The position numbers and the translations under genes are program-made. DNA of 64,000 bases, taken from contig CAWJWJ010000001.1 in the NCBI GenBank assembly GCA_963846575.1, positions 352,001-416,000 of the forward strand, in the 5' to 3' direction. The notes beneath the pieces were generated by a model, which worked only from the letters and a program-made list of their open reading frames with translations, made no database searches and was not told where the DNA came from. Each line of letters starts with the position of its first letter. Position 1 is the stretch's first letter. Shown here in pieces: positions 28,876 to 39,875 of the stretch. Source of the stretch: an uncultured Nitrospiraceae bacterium (lineage in GTDB: Bacteria > Nitrospirota > Nitrospiria > Nitrospirales > Nitrospiraceae).

Positions 28876-30024
28876 TCAAAATGCCGTAGCGCTAGCCAGA
28901 CAAGCCTCGATGTATTCGTCCTCCCCCTTCCGGCAAGCTTGTGCACGCTTGTTTTTATCGTCGAACAGCGGAACCACCATCTCGCCCACCGTGGCATAAC
29001 AGTCCCTCTTAAAAGATCCATCCAAGGTTCGGCAGAAGGCAAGACCCGGATCTGGACTGGCATCGGTGAGGATAAAATCCTTCACGGCACCGATGATGCA
29101 TTGCCGGATTTGATCGCCTTGTCCAAGCCGGCAGAGTTCGTTGACGCGGACGGCATCGCGGAGGGTAAAGCCGCTGATATCACGACCCAAACTCCTATAG
29201 CAGGTTGTCTGGTGTTCGCCTTCCACACGAGCACATTGAGTGAAGGCTTGGGCAAAATCATAATTCAGGAACGTCAGTACTGCCGAGGTTTGCATGAGGT
29301 AACAGGATCTCAGATATTTTTCATTCAGAACCGAGCAGGGGTATAGGAGATCTTGTGGGTTCAAAAAACTTGTTGCCGACTCACTGTGGTGATGGCCGCC
29401 GGGCTGTGTTGCCCGCCTTGCCTGCTGAAACGTCACGATGTTTTCCATGAACACACCGCCATAGCAGGACTCGCGATCCCATGACCCGGGCAATGCATCG
29501 CAAAAGGCGAGACTTTTGAGGACATCATAATGAAACTGGATGGTCAGACCGTGTCCCAACCCATGAAGACAGTTGTACCGCTGGAATGAGTAGGCAGATA
29601 CCGTTTCACTGGTCGGACAGAGGGGCAAAATATGCTGTGGCTCCACTACGGGCAAACTGCTGAGATAAGCCTGCAACACACCATGGTAGCAGCCCGACCA
29701 GAAGACATCCCGACAATGCGACAAGGCCAACGGGGCCGTGCCATACCGGGAGAACGATCGTTGACCGACATGATGGACGAGGGGATGCGCCTCGCGTAAC
29801 GCCTCAGGGTCCTCAGCCGTGATCTGCTCGAGCGCGGTGATAGCCTTTTCGGTCCCCTCATTTTGCAGTACCGTCTCCAGCTGCTGCTGATAGCACTGTA
29901 TTCTCTCGTCAAACGGCAAGACTCGGCAGGCCGCTGGAAGGGGGAGCTCGCCTGCCCAACCCCATCCCGCCCATGAGTTGCCCAGCAACAGCACAAGGAT
30001 CCATGCACGCCAGCAAAACTTCAC
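28876..30024 (-). CDS. exported Cys/His-rich helical repeat protein
   Basis: AGGAG RBS, GTG start, signal peptide, 18 mature Cys in pairs; GCYHG, CLHGLGHG, CYGGVFMEN. Confidence 0.85.
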   Translation of the reverse strand: MKFCWRAWILVLLLGNSWAGWGWAGELPLPAACRVLPFDERIQCYQQQLETVLQNEGTEKAITALEQITAEDPEALREAHPLVHHVGQRSFSRYGTAPLALSHCRDVFWSGCYHGVLQAYLSSLPVVEPQHILPLCPTSETVSAYSFQRYNCLHGLGHGLTIQFHYDVLKSLAFCDALPGSWDRESCYGGVFMENIVTFQQARRATQPGGHHHSESATSFLNPQDLLYPCSVLNEKYLRSCYLMQTSAVLTFLNYDFAQAFTQCARVEGEHQTTCYRSLGRDISGFTLRDAVRVNELCRLGQGDQIRQCIIGAVKDFILTDASPDPGLAFCRTLDGSFKRDCYATVGEMVVPLFDDKNKRAQACRKGEDEYIEACLASATAF

Positions 30025-30220
30025 AATCCGTGCTCCTCTTATTTGATACCTACAAACCGCAAAGCGTCTGATTCTAGGCCAGATCGTTCGTCCGATCCAG
30101 GAAAATTCAACTCATGCGCTCAGTGTAGTGGCCTCGTAATCGAAGCCTCTTCTCCCGCCCCGCTGTTCTGTGATAGAACCATGCGCGTTTCCTCATCTGA
30201 TCGACGGGACCACCGCAACC

Positions 30221-31924
30221 ATGTCCACTGAACAGGAATCCCCCTCGCGCTCGGACTTTATCCGTGAAATCGTGGCAGCTGACCGGGCCGCCGGCAAACA
30301 TGCCGGACGGGTCGTCACCCGCTTTCCACCCGAACCGAACGGCTATCTCCATATCGGGCATGCAAAGTCGATTTGCTTAAACTTCGGCATCGCCAACGAA
30401 CAGCCTGGCGGAACCTGTCATCTCCGCATGGACGATACCAACCCGACCACAGAAGATCCCGAATACGTCCGGGCAATCCAGGATGATGTCCACTGGCTCG
30501 GTTTCGATTGGCAGAACAATCTGTTCTTCGCCTCGGACTATTTTGAACGTCTCTACGAGTATGCGGTGACTCTGATTAAAAAACACTGCGCTTACGTCGA
30601 CAGCCTCTCGGCCGAGGAGATGCGCCGATATCGAGGCACCTTGACCGAACCGGGTCAGGCGAGTCCGTTTCGCGAGCGCAGCGTAGAGGAAAATCTCGAG
30701 CTGTTTCGACGGATGCGGGGGGGCGAGTTTCCAGACGGGGCACACGTGCTCCGGGCAATGATCGACATGGCTTCTCCGAATATCAATCTTCGTGACCCCG
30801 TGCTGTACCGTATCAGACACGTCGCGCACTATCGCACGGGCACAGCCTGGTGCATCTACCCCGCCTATGATTTCGCGCATCCGCTATCCGATGCGATGGA
30901 AGGCATCACACACTCGATTTGCACATTGGAATTCGAGGATCACCGCCCACTGTACGACTGGGTGGTTGAGAAGTGCGAGACACCCCATCGACCGCAGCAA
31001 ATCGAATTCGCCCGGCTGAATGTTGCTTTTACGGTCATGAGCAAGAGGAAACTACTCGACCTGGTGGAGCGGAAGCTTGTCCACGGCTGGGACGACCCAC
31101 GCCTCCCCACTCTCAAGGGTCTGCGTCGGCGGGGTTTCCCTCCCGAAGCACTGCGTGCGTTCTGCGAAGCAATCGGCGTGGCGAAGAGGGATGCGGTGGT
31201 CGAAATGCAGCTGCTTGAACATTTCGTCAGAGAGGATCTGAACAAGCGCGCCCCCCGTGTGATGGCTGTCCTCCGCCCGTTGCGTCTCGTCATCGAAAAC
31301 TATCCGGAGGACCAAGTCGAACAACTAGAGGCAGTCAATAATCCAGAAGATCCAACTGCCGGGGTACGTCAATTGCCATTTTCACGCACCATTTACATTG
31401 ACCAAGACGACTTCAAAGAAGATCCGCCCAAACAGTTCTTCCGCCTGACGATCGGCCGTGAGGTGCGGCTCCGGTATGCCTACATCATTAAGTGCGTCGG
31501 TCTGGTGAAGGACCCGGCCACGGGCGAGGTGACTGAAGTGCGATGCACCTATGACCAGGAGACCAAAAGCGGTGGGCCGCAAGCTCAACGAAAAGTAAAA
31601 GCCACTATTCATTGGGTGTCTGCGCCGCACGCCGTCGATGCGCAAATACGACTGTATGGCACGTTACTCCTCACGGACCCGGCCAAGATTTCACCTGATC
31701 AGGACTGGACTCAACACTTGAATCCGCTTTCACTCGAGCGTCTGCTGGCCTGCAAGGTGGAACCCAGCCTGGTGTCGGTCGCGCCGGGGACCAGGCTGCA
31801 ATTCGAACGGGTGGGATACTTCTGCGCCGACCCCGATTCCTCACCAGGGCAACCTGTCTTCAATCGAACTGTTACCCTCAAAGACGCTTGGGCCAAGATC
31901 GAAAAGGCTCAAGTTCCTCGCTAA
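30221..31924 (+). CDS. glnS: glutamine--tRNA ligase
   Basis: [52 protein letters not shown]. Confidence 0.97.
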   Translation: MSTEQESPSRSDFIREIVAADRAAGKHAGRVVTRFPPEPNGYLHIGHAKSICLNFGIANEQPGGTCHLRMDDTNPTTEDPEYVRAIQDDVHWLGFDWQNNLFFASDYFERLYEYAVTLIKKHCAYVDSLSAEEMRRYRGTLTEPGQASPFRERSVEENLELFRRMRGGEFPDGAHVLRAMIDMASPNINLRDPVLYRIRHVAHYRTGTAWCIYPAYDFAHPLSDAMEGITHSICTLEFEDHRPLYDWVVEKCETPHRPQQIEFARLNVAFTVMSKRKLLDLVERKLVHGWDDPRLPTLKGLRRRGFPPEALRAFCEAIGVAKRDAVVEMQLLEHFVREDLNKRAPRVMAVLRPLRLVIENYPEDQVEQLEAVNNPEDPTAGVRQLPFSRTIYIDQDDFKEDPPKQFFRLTIGREVRLRYAYIIKCVGLVKDPATGEVTEVRCTYDQETKSGGPQAQRKVKATIHWVSAPHAVDAQIRLYGTLLLTDPAKISPDQDWTQHLNPLSLERLLACKVEPSLVSVAPGTRLQFERVGYFCADPDSSPGQPVFNRTVTLKDAWAKIEKAQVPR

Positions 31925-32076
31925 TCATCCACGCTCACTGTCCCGAATTGGCCTTCCTGACTCTCCCACACAAAGTACTGCCATTCCGGCCTTCAGCAGC
32001 CTTGAACCTTAAGGGACTAAAGGCGAGAATCACGGCTCACGCAACCCCCAAACAATGAGCCCATGATGGAGATACA

Positions 32077-32412
32077 ATGCTGACGCAATTCTTCTGGGAA
32101 GCCCGAGAGATTGAGAACGCTACATTCCGCGAGCGCCTCTCGCAATTGAAGGCAGCTATCCCCGGCGCAGCGACCGAGGCGCAACCGTTACTCAGGCGCA
32201 TTCACAAGGCCGTATGTCGGCTCCACGATCAACTTCAGCTCATTGATCCCACACCACCGTTGCCACGCACGCTGGTCAGTCAGATCCGTTGTTTTGATTG
32301 CGGAACTTCCAACATGGAATCATTCCACAGCTCAACCCAGGGCGGGTACCATCTTTGCCCGACGTGCTTTCAGCATCGCCTCCATACGGGCCGGGCAAAG
32401 ACTGCTCACTGA
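32077..32412 (+). CDS. hypothetical protein with a C-terminal C4 zinc finger
   Basis: GGAG RBS; CFDC...LCPTC. Confidence 0.7.
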   Translation: MLTQFFWEAREIENATFRERLSQLKAAIPGAATEAQPLLRRIHKAVCRLHDQLQLIDPTPPLPRTLVSQIRCFDCGTSNMESFHSSTQGGYHLCPTCFQHRLHTGRAKTAH

Positions 32413-32559
32413 ATATTGCATCCCGTATTGGTCGTAAAGACTCTTCCGCATATAGTACCCTGTGCCCTACGGCTCGCAGTCCACCATAGACCCTAGCCCC
32501 AGGAACCCCCCACACCGTATACTGCAATCTTTCCTTTTCGACCGTGAGGTATCCAGGTT

Positions 32560-34398
32560 ATGGCCCCGAACATTCTGTTAAGTTGCGAATCGATCAGCAA
32601 GAGCTATGGGGTCAGGGCTTTATTTAGCGATCTATCCTTTGCGCTCTTCGACGGCGATCATGTGGGATTGATCGGACCGAACGGATCGGGCAAATCGACG
32701 CTGCTCAAGATTCTCATCGGACTGGAATCTCCCGATGAAGGCACGCGCACCTTGCGTCGTCATACCCGTGTCGGTTATGTCCCCCAGGAACCCAGCTTTC
32801 CGTCCCACCACAGTATCGAGCAAGTACTGCATGACACGCTGACCCAAGACGGGCTCGATCCTCATGAACAGGGTGGACGGATCGCCAGAGCCCTCAGCAT
32901 TGGAACCTTTCCTGATGCCGAACAAGCGGTCTCCACGCTTTCTGGAGGCTGGCGCAAACGTCTTGCCGTCACTCAGGCATTGCTCCTTGAACCGGATGTG
33001 CTCCTTATGGACGAGCCGACCAACCATTTGGATCTGGAAGGCATTCTTTGGCTGGAGCAGCTCCTGCAAAACCGGGCCAAAGCCTTTCTTGTGATCAGCC
33101 ATGATCGCCGCTTTCTGGAATCCGTCACGTCGCGCATGGTGGAGCTCAATCGTTGTTACCCCGGGGGTAGCTTTGAAGCCCGAGGCCGCTACAGCGATTT
33201 TCTCGAACAGCGTGATGCCACTCTCCAGGCGCAGGCTGACTACCAGGCTTCGTTGGCCAATCGCGTCCGACGTGAGGTGGAGTGGTTGCGCCGGGGGCCA
33301 AAGGCCCGCACGACCAAAGCCAAGGGACGCATTCAGTCAGCAGGAAAGCTCATCGACGAATTAAGCCAAGCTGAAGCCCGTTCGACGCAGGCCACGATCG
33401 GCATAGACTTCTCCGCCTCCGGCCGGAAGTCCAAGCAACTTCTGGTGACGAAACAGGTTTCCAAGAGCTTCAACCAGACGCCGGTGGTAACCAACCTCGA
33501 CATGATCCTCGGGCCAGGACAGAAATTGGGTCTTCTGGGTCCCAACGGAAGTGGTAAGACGACGCTACTACGACTACTGGCCGGTACATTGGACCCGGAT
33601 TCAGGAACGATTACACGGGCCGAGGGGCTGCGCATCGTGTCGTTCGAGCAACATCGCGAATCGCTGGATCAAGCCACCAGTCTGCGACGCGCGCTGGCTC
33701 CGGCTGGCGATGCAGTCGTCTATCAGGATCGTTCGATCCATCTGGTCTCATGGGCGAAGCGGTTTCTCTTCCGGCCCGAGCAGCTCGATCTTCCTGTGGC
33801 ACGGCTGTCCGGCGGCGAACAAGCTCGCCTACTGATTGCCCGGCTCATGCTACAGCCCGCGGATCTTCTCATCCTCGACGAACCGACCAATGACCTGGAT
33901 ATCCCAACCCTTGAAGTGCTGGAGGACAGTTTATTGGAATTTCCAGGCGCTCTGGTCCTCGTGACCCATGACCGCTGGCTCCTGGATCGCGTCTCCACCC
34001 TCCTCCTCGCGCTGGACGGTACCGGTCGCGTTGACTGGTTTGCCGATTATGCACAGTGGGAGAACGCGCAAGAGCGGGCCAACGAATCCGCTAGGGAATC
34101 AGCCAATAGTGGGCTGACTGCCGACCATCAGTCAGAAAAAATTCCAGGTGATTCCTCGCGCAAGGCCAGAAAGCTTAGCTATCGCGAGCAAAAAGAATGG
34201 GGCACGATCGAGGAGAATATTGTAAAGGCCGAAGAAAAGATTTCAGCATGCCAGGCGGCGATGCACGATCCGTGTATCATGTCAGACGCTGCAGAACTGC
34301 AGTCACGAAGCCAGGCCCTTACTGCCGCGCAGATCGAAGTGGAGCGGCTCTACGCACGCTGGGCCGAACTGGAGGAGAAACGTGCACAGACCGTGTGA
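32560..34398 (+). CDS. uup: ABC-F family ATPase (Uup-like)
   Basis: Two GPNGSGK Walker A motifs, LSGG signatures, DEPTN twice, WLRRGPKARTTKAK, C-terminal KLSY.E..E coil. Confidence 0.93.
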   Translation: MAPNILLSCESISKSYGVRALFSDLSFALFDGDHVGLIGPNGSGKSTLLKILIGLESPDEGTRTLRRHTRVGYVPQEPSFPSHHSIEQVLHDTLTQDGLDPHEQGGRIARALSIGTFPDAEQAVSTLSGGWRKRLAVTQALLLEPDVLLMDEPTNHLDLEGILWLEQLLQNRAKAFLVISHDRRFLESVTSRMVELNRCYPGGSFEARGRYSDFLEQRDATLQAQADYQASLANRVRREVEWLRRGPKARTTKAKGRIQSAGKLIDELSQAEARSTQATIGIDFSASGRKSKQLLVTKQVSKSFNQTPVVTNLDMILGPGQKLGLLGPNGSGKTTLLRLLAGTLDPDSGTITRAEGLRIVSFEQHRESLDQATSLRRALAPAGDAVVYQDRSIHLVSWAKRFLFRPEQLDLPVARLSGGEQARLLIARLMLQPADLLILDEPTNDLDIPTLEVLEDSLLEFPGALVLVTHDRWLLDRVSTLLLALDGTGRVDWFADYAQWENAQERANESARESANSGLTADHQSEKIPGDSSRKARKLSYREQKEWGTIEENIVKAEEKISACQAAMHDPCIMSDAAELQSRSQALTAAQIEVERLYARWAELEEKRAQTV

Positions 34399-34483
34399 GG
34401 TGACCTGGCAGCTGCAGAAGGCATGCGGTCCCAAGCCTGTGGACCTGAAACGATAGCCGAGAAAAAATCTAAGGCAGAATAAT

Positions 34484-34557
34484 TGGCTGGGGGACTAGGA
34501 ATCGAACCTAGGTAGCCAGCTCCAAAGGCTGGCGTCCTACCGCTAGACGATCCCCCA
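34484..34557 (-). tRNA. tRNA-Gln(TTG)
   Basis: TGGGGGATCGTCTAGCGGTAGGAC-G-CCAGC-CT TTG GA-GCTGG...CCCCCAGCCA. Confidence 0.97.
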
Positions 34558-34609
34558 GCGCGGTACGGAACCAAGACATCGAGCTGAGTGGCAACGTGTA
34601 GAAAAATTT

Positions 34610-34683
34610 TGGCTGGGGGACTAGGAATCGAACCTAGGTAGTCAGATCCAGAGACTGACGTCCTACCGCTAGACGATCCCCCA
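34610..34683 (-). tRNA. tRNA-Gln(CTG)
   Basis: Same body as the TTG copy; anticodon arm TCAGT-CT CTG GA-TCTGA; CCA encoded. Confidence 0.95.
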
Positions 34684-34747
34684 ACCGGTCCACACAGTAA
34701 TATAAGCTTCTCTATTCCGTCAAGGTTGCGGCCGATTCAGCAGCAGC

Positions 34748-36163
34748 TCAAGGTCGCGAAGCCTGTTCGATCCCCCGCCGAAGTCTGAGCAATGTACGGT
34801 CTCGGCCCAGCACCTCCATCACTTCAAATAGTCCAGGACTCGCCGTTCGACCTGTCAAAGCCACACGCACGGGCTGGGCGAGTTGGCCCATTTTGATGCC
34901 TTCTTCCTCGACCAGCTTTTTAAAGGCCTCTTCCCACTCCTGTTTTGAAAACGTGGGAAAGACCTGGAGTCGATCCACCAACTTGCTCAACAGGGGCACC
35001 TGGGCTGAGGTTAAAAACTTCTTCGCCGCTTCTTCCTCGTAGACGACGGCCTCGCCAAAATACGGCCTGACCCAGTGAACGACCTCGACCAGAGTTTTTG
35101 CTCGCTCCTTCACCATGACCACCAACTGCGCAAGCCATGCGGGCGAGACCGCGCGGAGTTCATCCGTGAGCCCGGCCTGTTCGAGCAAAGGCACAAGGGT
35201 CCGGGCGATCCGATCTGGCGGAGTGGTTTTCACGTATTCGCCATTGAGCCATAACAATTTATCGGGATTAAACACGGCCGCAGACGTCTGGACATTCTTC
35301 CAGGAAAACCTTTCGACGAGTTCTTCCCTTGTGAATAACTCCTGATCTCCGTGCGACCAGCCCAACCGGACTAAATAATTCACCATCGCCTCAGGCAAAT
35401 ACCCCATGTCCTGATAGGCCATAACAGAGGTCGCGCCATGACGTTTCGACAATCGCGCCTTGTCCGGACCCAGAATCATCGGCAAGTGCCCAAACTGTGG
35501 GAGCGGAAACCCGAGGGCCTGAAAAATCGGAATTTGGCGCGGCGTGTTCGTCAAATGATCGTCGCCCCGCACGACATGCGTGATACCCATCAACGCGTCA
35601 TCCACCACCACGGAGAAATTGTAGGTCGGATAACCATTGGAGCGGAGAATAATCAGATCGTCCAGAATCTGGTTATCGAAGACCACGCGACCTTTAATCA
35701 AATCATCAACGACCGTCTGTCCGTCCTGCGGAGCCCTGAAACGGAGCGCCGCATCGCCACTGGGTTTATTCAGACCCAGATTTCGACATCGGCCATCGTA
35801 CTTGGGGGACTTCCCTTTCGCCTCTGCTTCCTTCCGTCTGGTGTCAAGGTCATCCGCTGTGCAAACGCACCAGTACGCCTGGCCCCGCTCAAAAAGCTGC
35901 AGTGCGTGAGTGCGATAGAGGTCCATCCGCTCGGTCTGTCGGAACGGGCCTTCGTCCCAATCGAGATGGACCCACCGCATGCCGTCGAGAATGGCCTGAA
36001 TGGAATCATCGGTGGAGCGGCTTCGATCCGTATCTTCGATGCGGAGGATGAAGACCCCGTTCTGCTGCCGCGCAAACAGCCAGTTGAACAAGGCCGTGCG
36101 AACCCCGCCGATATGGAGGTAGCCGGTCGGACTGGGTGCAAATCGAACCCTGACCTGACTCAT
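34748..36163 (-). CDS. gltX: glutamate--tRNA ligase
   Basis: RFAPSPTGYLHIGG, LRIEDTD, THVVRGDDH, RLSKRHG. Confidence 0.98.
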   Translation of the reverse strand: MSQVRVRFAPSPTGYLHIGGVRTALFNWLFARQQNGVFILRIEDTDRSRSTDDSIQAILDGMRWVHLDWDEGPFRQTERMDLYRTHALQLFERGQAYWCVCTADDLDTRRKEAEAKGKSPKYDGRCRNLGLNKPSGDAALRFRAPQDGQTVVDDLIKGRVVFDNQILDDLIILRSNGYPTYNFSVVVDDALMGITHVVRGDDHLTNTPRQIPIFQALGFPLPQFGHLPMILGPDKARLSKRHGATSVMAYQDMGYLPEAMVNYLVRLGWSHGDQELFTREELVERFSWKNVQTSAAVFNPDKLLWLNGEYVKTTPPDRIARTLVPLLEQAGLTDELRAVSPAWLAQLVVMVKERAKTLVEVVHWVRPYFGEAVVYEEEAAKKFLTSAQVPLLSKLVDRLQVFPTFSKQEWEEAFKKLVEEEGIKMGQLAQPVRVALTGRTASPGLFEVMEVLGRDRTLLRLRRGIEQASRP

Positions 36164-36280
36164 CGCGTCACGTAGCTCTGGTGGAGTATTGCGAATGGGG
36201 CGCTATCTATAACATGGCATTGGCGCGATGTACAGAACATGACTGTTCCATTCTGAATCCGTTTTTGTTATGAAAAGACA

Positions 36281-36979
36281 ATGGCTGAACCAACCCAAAT
36301 CGCTGAAATCGTCTCACTCGCTGCGCTGACTCTGCACACGACGGAACTCGTGCTTCGCCCGATCGAGCATCGGCTATCCTTCAGACCCGGACAGTGGATC
36401 TCCCTTCAACTGCCGGTAGGAGATCATCCGCCCCTTAACCGTGCGTACTCCCTGGCTGAGCCAGTCTCCCCTACAGGTCAACTCACTCTGGTTTTTGACC
36501 ATGTTCCAGGAGGTAAAGGATCCAGTTACCTGTCCTCCCTGAAACCAGGAGATCGCATCCCGCTGTCGGGCCCTTATGGGCACTTTGTACTTCCCACTCC
36601 AGATTCAAAAAATTTGCTCTTGATCGGGCGCTATTCGGGACTCGTCCCGTTACGCTGCATGATTCGTTCACTCGCACGAGAGGGCCCCCTGCCCGCTACA
36701 ACCCTCATTGCCCAGGCGCCCAACCCCGCTGAACAGCTATACCACGAAGAGTTTCTCATGCTTGCCAAGAGCCAGCCGAGCTTTCGTTATCTGCCGCTGG
36801 TGAACGAAGATCCCACGAACCAGGCCAGCACCGTCGAGGCGATCAAGCAAGTGGCGATGAATGGGCGGAATGTCACCCCCATGATTGCCGGGATTAAAGC
36901 GTTTGCACGACCACTGAGGTCGTTTTTTATGGAACTGGGATTTGATCGACGAGAAGTTAAGCTCGAAACGTATGACTGA
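36281..36979 (+). CDS. FNR-like FAD-binding oxidoreductase
   Basis: FRPGQW, RAYSLA, GGKGSSYL, GPYGHF; NAD-binding motifs atypical. Confidence 0.85.
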   Translation: MAEPTQIAEIVSLAALTLHTTELVLRPIEHRLSFRPGQWISLQLPVGDHPPLNRAYSLAEPVSPTGQLTLVFDHVPGGKGSSYLSSLKPGDRIPLSGPYGHFVLPTPDSKNLLLIGRYSGLVPLRCMIRSLAREGPLPATTLIAQAPNPAEQLYHEEFLMLAKSQPSFRYLPLVNEDPTNQASTVEAIKQVAMNGRNVTPMIAGIKAFARPLRSFFMELGFDRREVKLETYD

Positions 36980-37083
36980 TGCCAAAACTCCAGATAACAG
37001 GGTGATTTTCGGGTGAAAAGGTGACCATCAAATGTTCCGTAGTGACTCGGTTGGCTTCACCTGATCCTGATCTGAAACCGATT

Positions 37084-37500
37084 CTAGTGCCCTTCCTTCG
37101 CTAGGTTTTTATTGACGGCCGGAATCTCAACCACCACTTCCACCGTCCCATTGGGCACACATTGGCATCCGAGCCTAGACTGCAAGGTCGTAACAGGGGC
37201 CTCATCAAGCTGGTCAAACTCATCATCCGTGCCCTCATTGCACGTTTCTAAACCCTTTTTGACCATGACATGGCAGGTCGAGCAAGCACACACGCCCCCG
37301 CACACATGTTCCAGTTCAATGCCATTGCCCATGGCAATGTCGAGAATGCTACCCGGAAGTCCAGTTGGCCCGTAAGGAATCTTCGCCGGCTGTACTTCGA
37401 CCTTTTTCTCGGTTTTATCGGGGAAAATGAAGGTCACTGAATAGGACTGCGTCGGTAACTCAACCTCGGATTTCTCAATGTAAGGATTTGTCCCGCCCAT
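37084..37500 (-). CDS. fdx: ISC-type 2Fe-2S ferredoxin
   Basis: HVCGGVCACSTCH...SRLGCQ; divergent from the isc operon. Confidence 0.92.
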   Translation of the reverse strand: MGGTNPYIEKSEVELPTQSYSVTFIFPDKTEKKVEVQPAKIPYGPTGLPGSILDIAMGNGIELEHVCGGVCACSTCHVMVKKGLETCNEGTDDEFDQLDEAPVTTLQSRLGCQCVPNGTVEVVVEIPAVNKNLAKEGH

Positions 37501-37616
37501 TTGTTTAACCTCTTTTCTTTACGTTCCCAAACATATACCGGCTACCCAGGAAATCCCCGCCGACTAGAATTACAGACCGTTGTACGCGCATCTGCCGTTT
37601 CCCAACTTCAACTCGC

Positions 37617-37671
37617 TTGACAGTGCAAAAGATCGCGTGATAACTTTAGTACGACTAAATTGATCGGAGAT
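37617..37671 (+). promoter_or_regulatory. isc promoter with a candidate IscR-type operator
   Basis: TTGACA at 37617, TGaTAACTT -10-like; TAGTACGACTAAATTGATCGGAGAT partially resembles the IscR type-1 site. Confidence 0.45.
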
Positions 37672-37708
37672 CATTATAGTCTCCGACTCGAAGGATCGGC
37701 AATAGGCC

Positions 37709-38188
37709 ATGCTCAAACTATCGAAAAAAGCAGATTATGGGTTGATGGCGCTCCAACATATTGCGGCCAATCAATACGGCGATGTGGCGAGGGCCCGCGT
37801 AGTGAATACTAAGGAGATCGCGGAAGAATATCACATCCCGGTTGAATTGCTTGCTAAGGTCTTACAAACTCTCGCTAAGAGTGGCCTGATCGATAGTCAC
37901 AACGGCCCGAAAGGCGGTTATCTGCTCGGCAAGAATCCCCGCGAGATCACCATTGCCCAGGTATTGGAAAGTCTGGAAGGTCCGCTGGGTATCATGGATT
38001 GCTCACATGAGAAAGAAGGCGATTTCTGTATGCAGCGAGAACATTGTAACATCCGAACGCCGCTGTTGAAAATCCAGAGCAGCATCTATCAGCTTCTCAA
38101 CAACATGACCTTGCAAGATATGATGGGGGGGACCCCACTCATCACTATTCAATCCGTGGCCACGGAACAACAAGGAGTCGAGCGATGA
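37709..38188 (+). CDS. iscR: Rrf2-family regulator (IscR-like)
   Basis: [16 protein letters not shown], three Cys (C-x8-C-x5-C); heads the isc operon. Confidence 0.88.
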   Translation: MLKLSKKADYGLMALQHIAANQYGDVARARVVNTKEIAEEYHIPVELLAKVLQTLAKSGLIDSHNGPKGGYLLGKNPREITIAQVLESLEGPLGIMDCSHEKEGDFCMQREHCNIRTPLLKIQSSIYQLLNNMTLQDMMGGTPLITIQSVATEQQGVER

Positions 38189-39402
38189 AGTTCCCGATTT
38201 ACCTGGATAACCATTCGACCACCCCGATGGATCCTCGGGTATTGGAAGCAATGTTGCCCTATTTCACGGAAAAATTCGGAAACTCTGCCAGCCGAAACCA
38301 CGCATTCGGATGGGAGGCCGAAGAAGGCATCGAAAATGCGCGAAAGCAGATTGCGAAACTGATTCACGCGGATGCAAAAGAAATTGTCTTCACGAGCGGG
38401 GCGACGGAATCGGACAATCTAGCCCTGAAGGGTGTTGCCGAGATGTACCATGAGAAGGGTGACCACATTATCACCTCCTCTACGGAACATCGTGCAGTGT
38501 TGGACACGGCGAAAGCCTTGGAAGCCAAACGCGGCGTCAAGGTCACCTACCTTCCGGTCGATAAATTCGGGATGGTCAGTCCCGAGGATGTCCGGAAGGC
38601 AATTACCGATAAAACGATTCTGATTTCCGTCATGTTCGCGAACAACGAAATCGGTACGATCAATCCTGTGAAGGAGATTGGGAAAATTGCCAAAGAGAAG
38701 GGCATTCTCTTTCATTGCGATGCGACCCAGGGCGTAGGGAAAGTGCCAGTTGCTGTCCAGGATATGGGCATCGATTTGATGTCATTTACCGCCCACAAAA
38801 TTTATGGTCCCAAGGGAGTCGGTGCCCTGTACGTCAGGAAAAAGAACCCTCGGGTCCGCATTGCGGCCCAGATGGACGGCGGTGGTCATGAGCGCGGCAT
38901 GCGCTCCGGCACCCTCCCGGTCCCGTTGATTGTGGGATTTGGCAAGGCCTGTGAACTCTGCGAATTAGAAATGGACGCCGATGCAGCGCGGCTGTCGGTC
39001 ATGCGCGACCGTCTGCATGTCAATATCACCAACGCGCTTGAAGAAGTATATTTAAACGGCCATCCGACGCAACGTCTTCCGCACAACCTGAACATCTCGT
39101 TTGCGTATGTCGAGGGCGAATCACTGTTGATGGGGTGTAAAGAAATCGCGCTGTCCTCGGGATCAGCCTGCACCTCCGCAACTCTTGAGCCGTCATATGT
39201 CCTGCGCGCGTTAGGCGTAGGGGCGGAACTTGCCCATTCTTCCATTCGATTCGGCCTGGGCCGCTTCACTCTCGACGAAGAGGTTGACTATGCTGGAAAG
39301 AGAATTATCGAAGTGGTGACGAAGCTCCGGGAAATGTCCCCACTGTATGAAATGGCAAAAGAAGGCATCGACTTAAAATCTGTGCAATGGGCGGCCCATT
39401 AA
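38185..39402 (+). CDS. iscS: cysteine desulfurase
   Basis: [32 protein letters not shown]...QWAAH. Confidence 0.98.
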   Translation: MKFPIYLDNHSTTPMDPRVLEAMLPYFTEKFGNSASRNHAFGWEAEEGIENARKQIAKLIHADAKEIVFTSGATESDNLALKGVAEMYHEKGDHIITSSTEHRAVLDTAKALEAKRGVKVTYLPVDKFGMVSPEDVRKAITDKTILISVMFANNEIGTINPVKEIGKIAKEKGILFHCDATQGVGKVPVAVQDMGIDLMSFTAHKIYGPKGVGALYVRKKNPRVRIAAQMDGGGHERGMRSGTLPVPLIVGFGKACELCELEMDADAARLSVMRDRLHVNITNALEEVYLNGHPTQRLPHNLNISFAYVEGESLLMGCKEIALSSGSACTSATLEPSYVLRALGVGAELAHSSIRFGLGRFTLDEEVDYAGKRIIEVVTKLREMSPLYEMAKEGIDLKSVQWAAH

Positions 39403-39444
39403 CCTGAAACATCACTTCTGTGAGCGATACATTCGGAGGACACC

Positions 39445-39840
39445 ATGGCCTATAGCGAAAAAGTCGTCGACCACTTCAATAATCCCCGCAACATGGGGAG
39501 CTTCAAGAAGGAAGAGGACGGAGTCGGCACCGGCATCGTCGGAGCGCCGGAGTGCGGCGATGTCATGAAATTGCAGATCAAGGTTCAGAACGACACGATC
39601 GTGGATGCCAAGTTCAAGACCTTCGGGTGCGGGTCCGCCATTGCGAGTTCCAGCCTTGCTACCGAATGGCTCAAGGGCAAAACGGTGCAAGAAGCCGGCA
39701 TGATCAAAAATACCGACATCGTGCAAGAACTGAATCTACCGCCGGTCAAGATTCACTGTTCGGTTCTGGCCGAAGATGCAATTAAGGCCGCCCTTGCCGA
39801 CTATAGGAAGAAGGAAGACGGCAAAGAAACGATTAAGTAA
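39445..39840 (+). CDS. iscU: Fe-S scaffold protein
   Basis: GAPECGDVM, FGCGSA, LPPVKIHCS. Confidence 0.98.
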   Translation: MAYSEKVVDHFNNPRNMGSFKKEEDGVGTGIVGAPECGDVMKLQIKVQNDTIVDAKFKTFGCGSAIASSSLATEWLKGKTVQEAGMIKNTDIVQELNLPPVKIHCSVLAEDAIKAALADYRKKEDGKETIK

Positions 39841-39875
39841 ATCGGCACCAGCCTTGTGAAGCGAAGGAGATCGAT

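Noticed and set aside
34484..34683. Near-identical direct repeat pair
   Set aside because: Two complete tRNA-Gln genes, not att sites or CRISPR repeats
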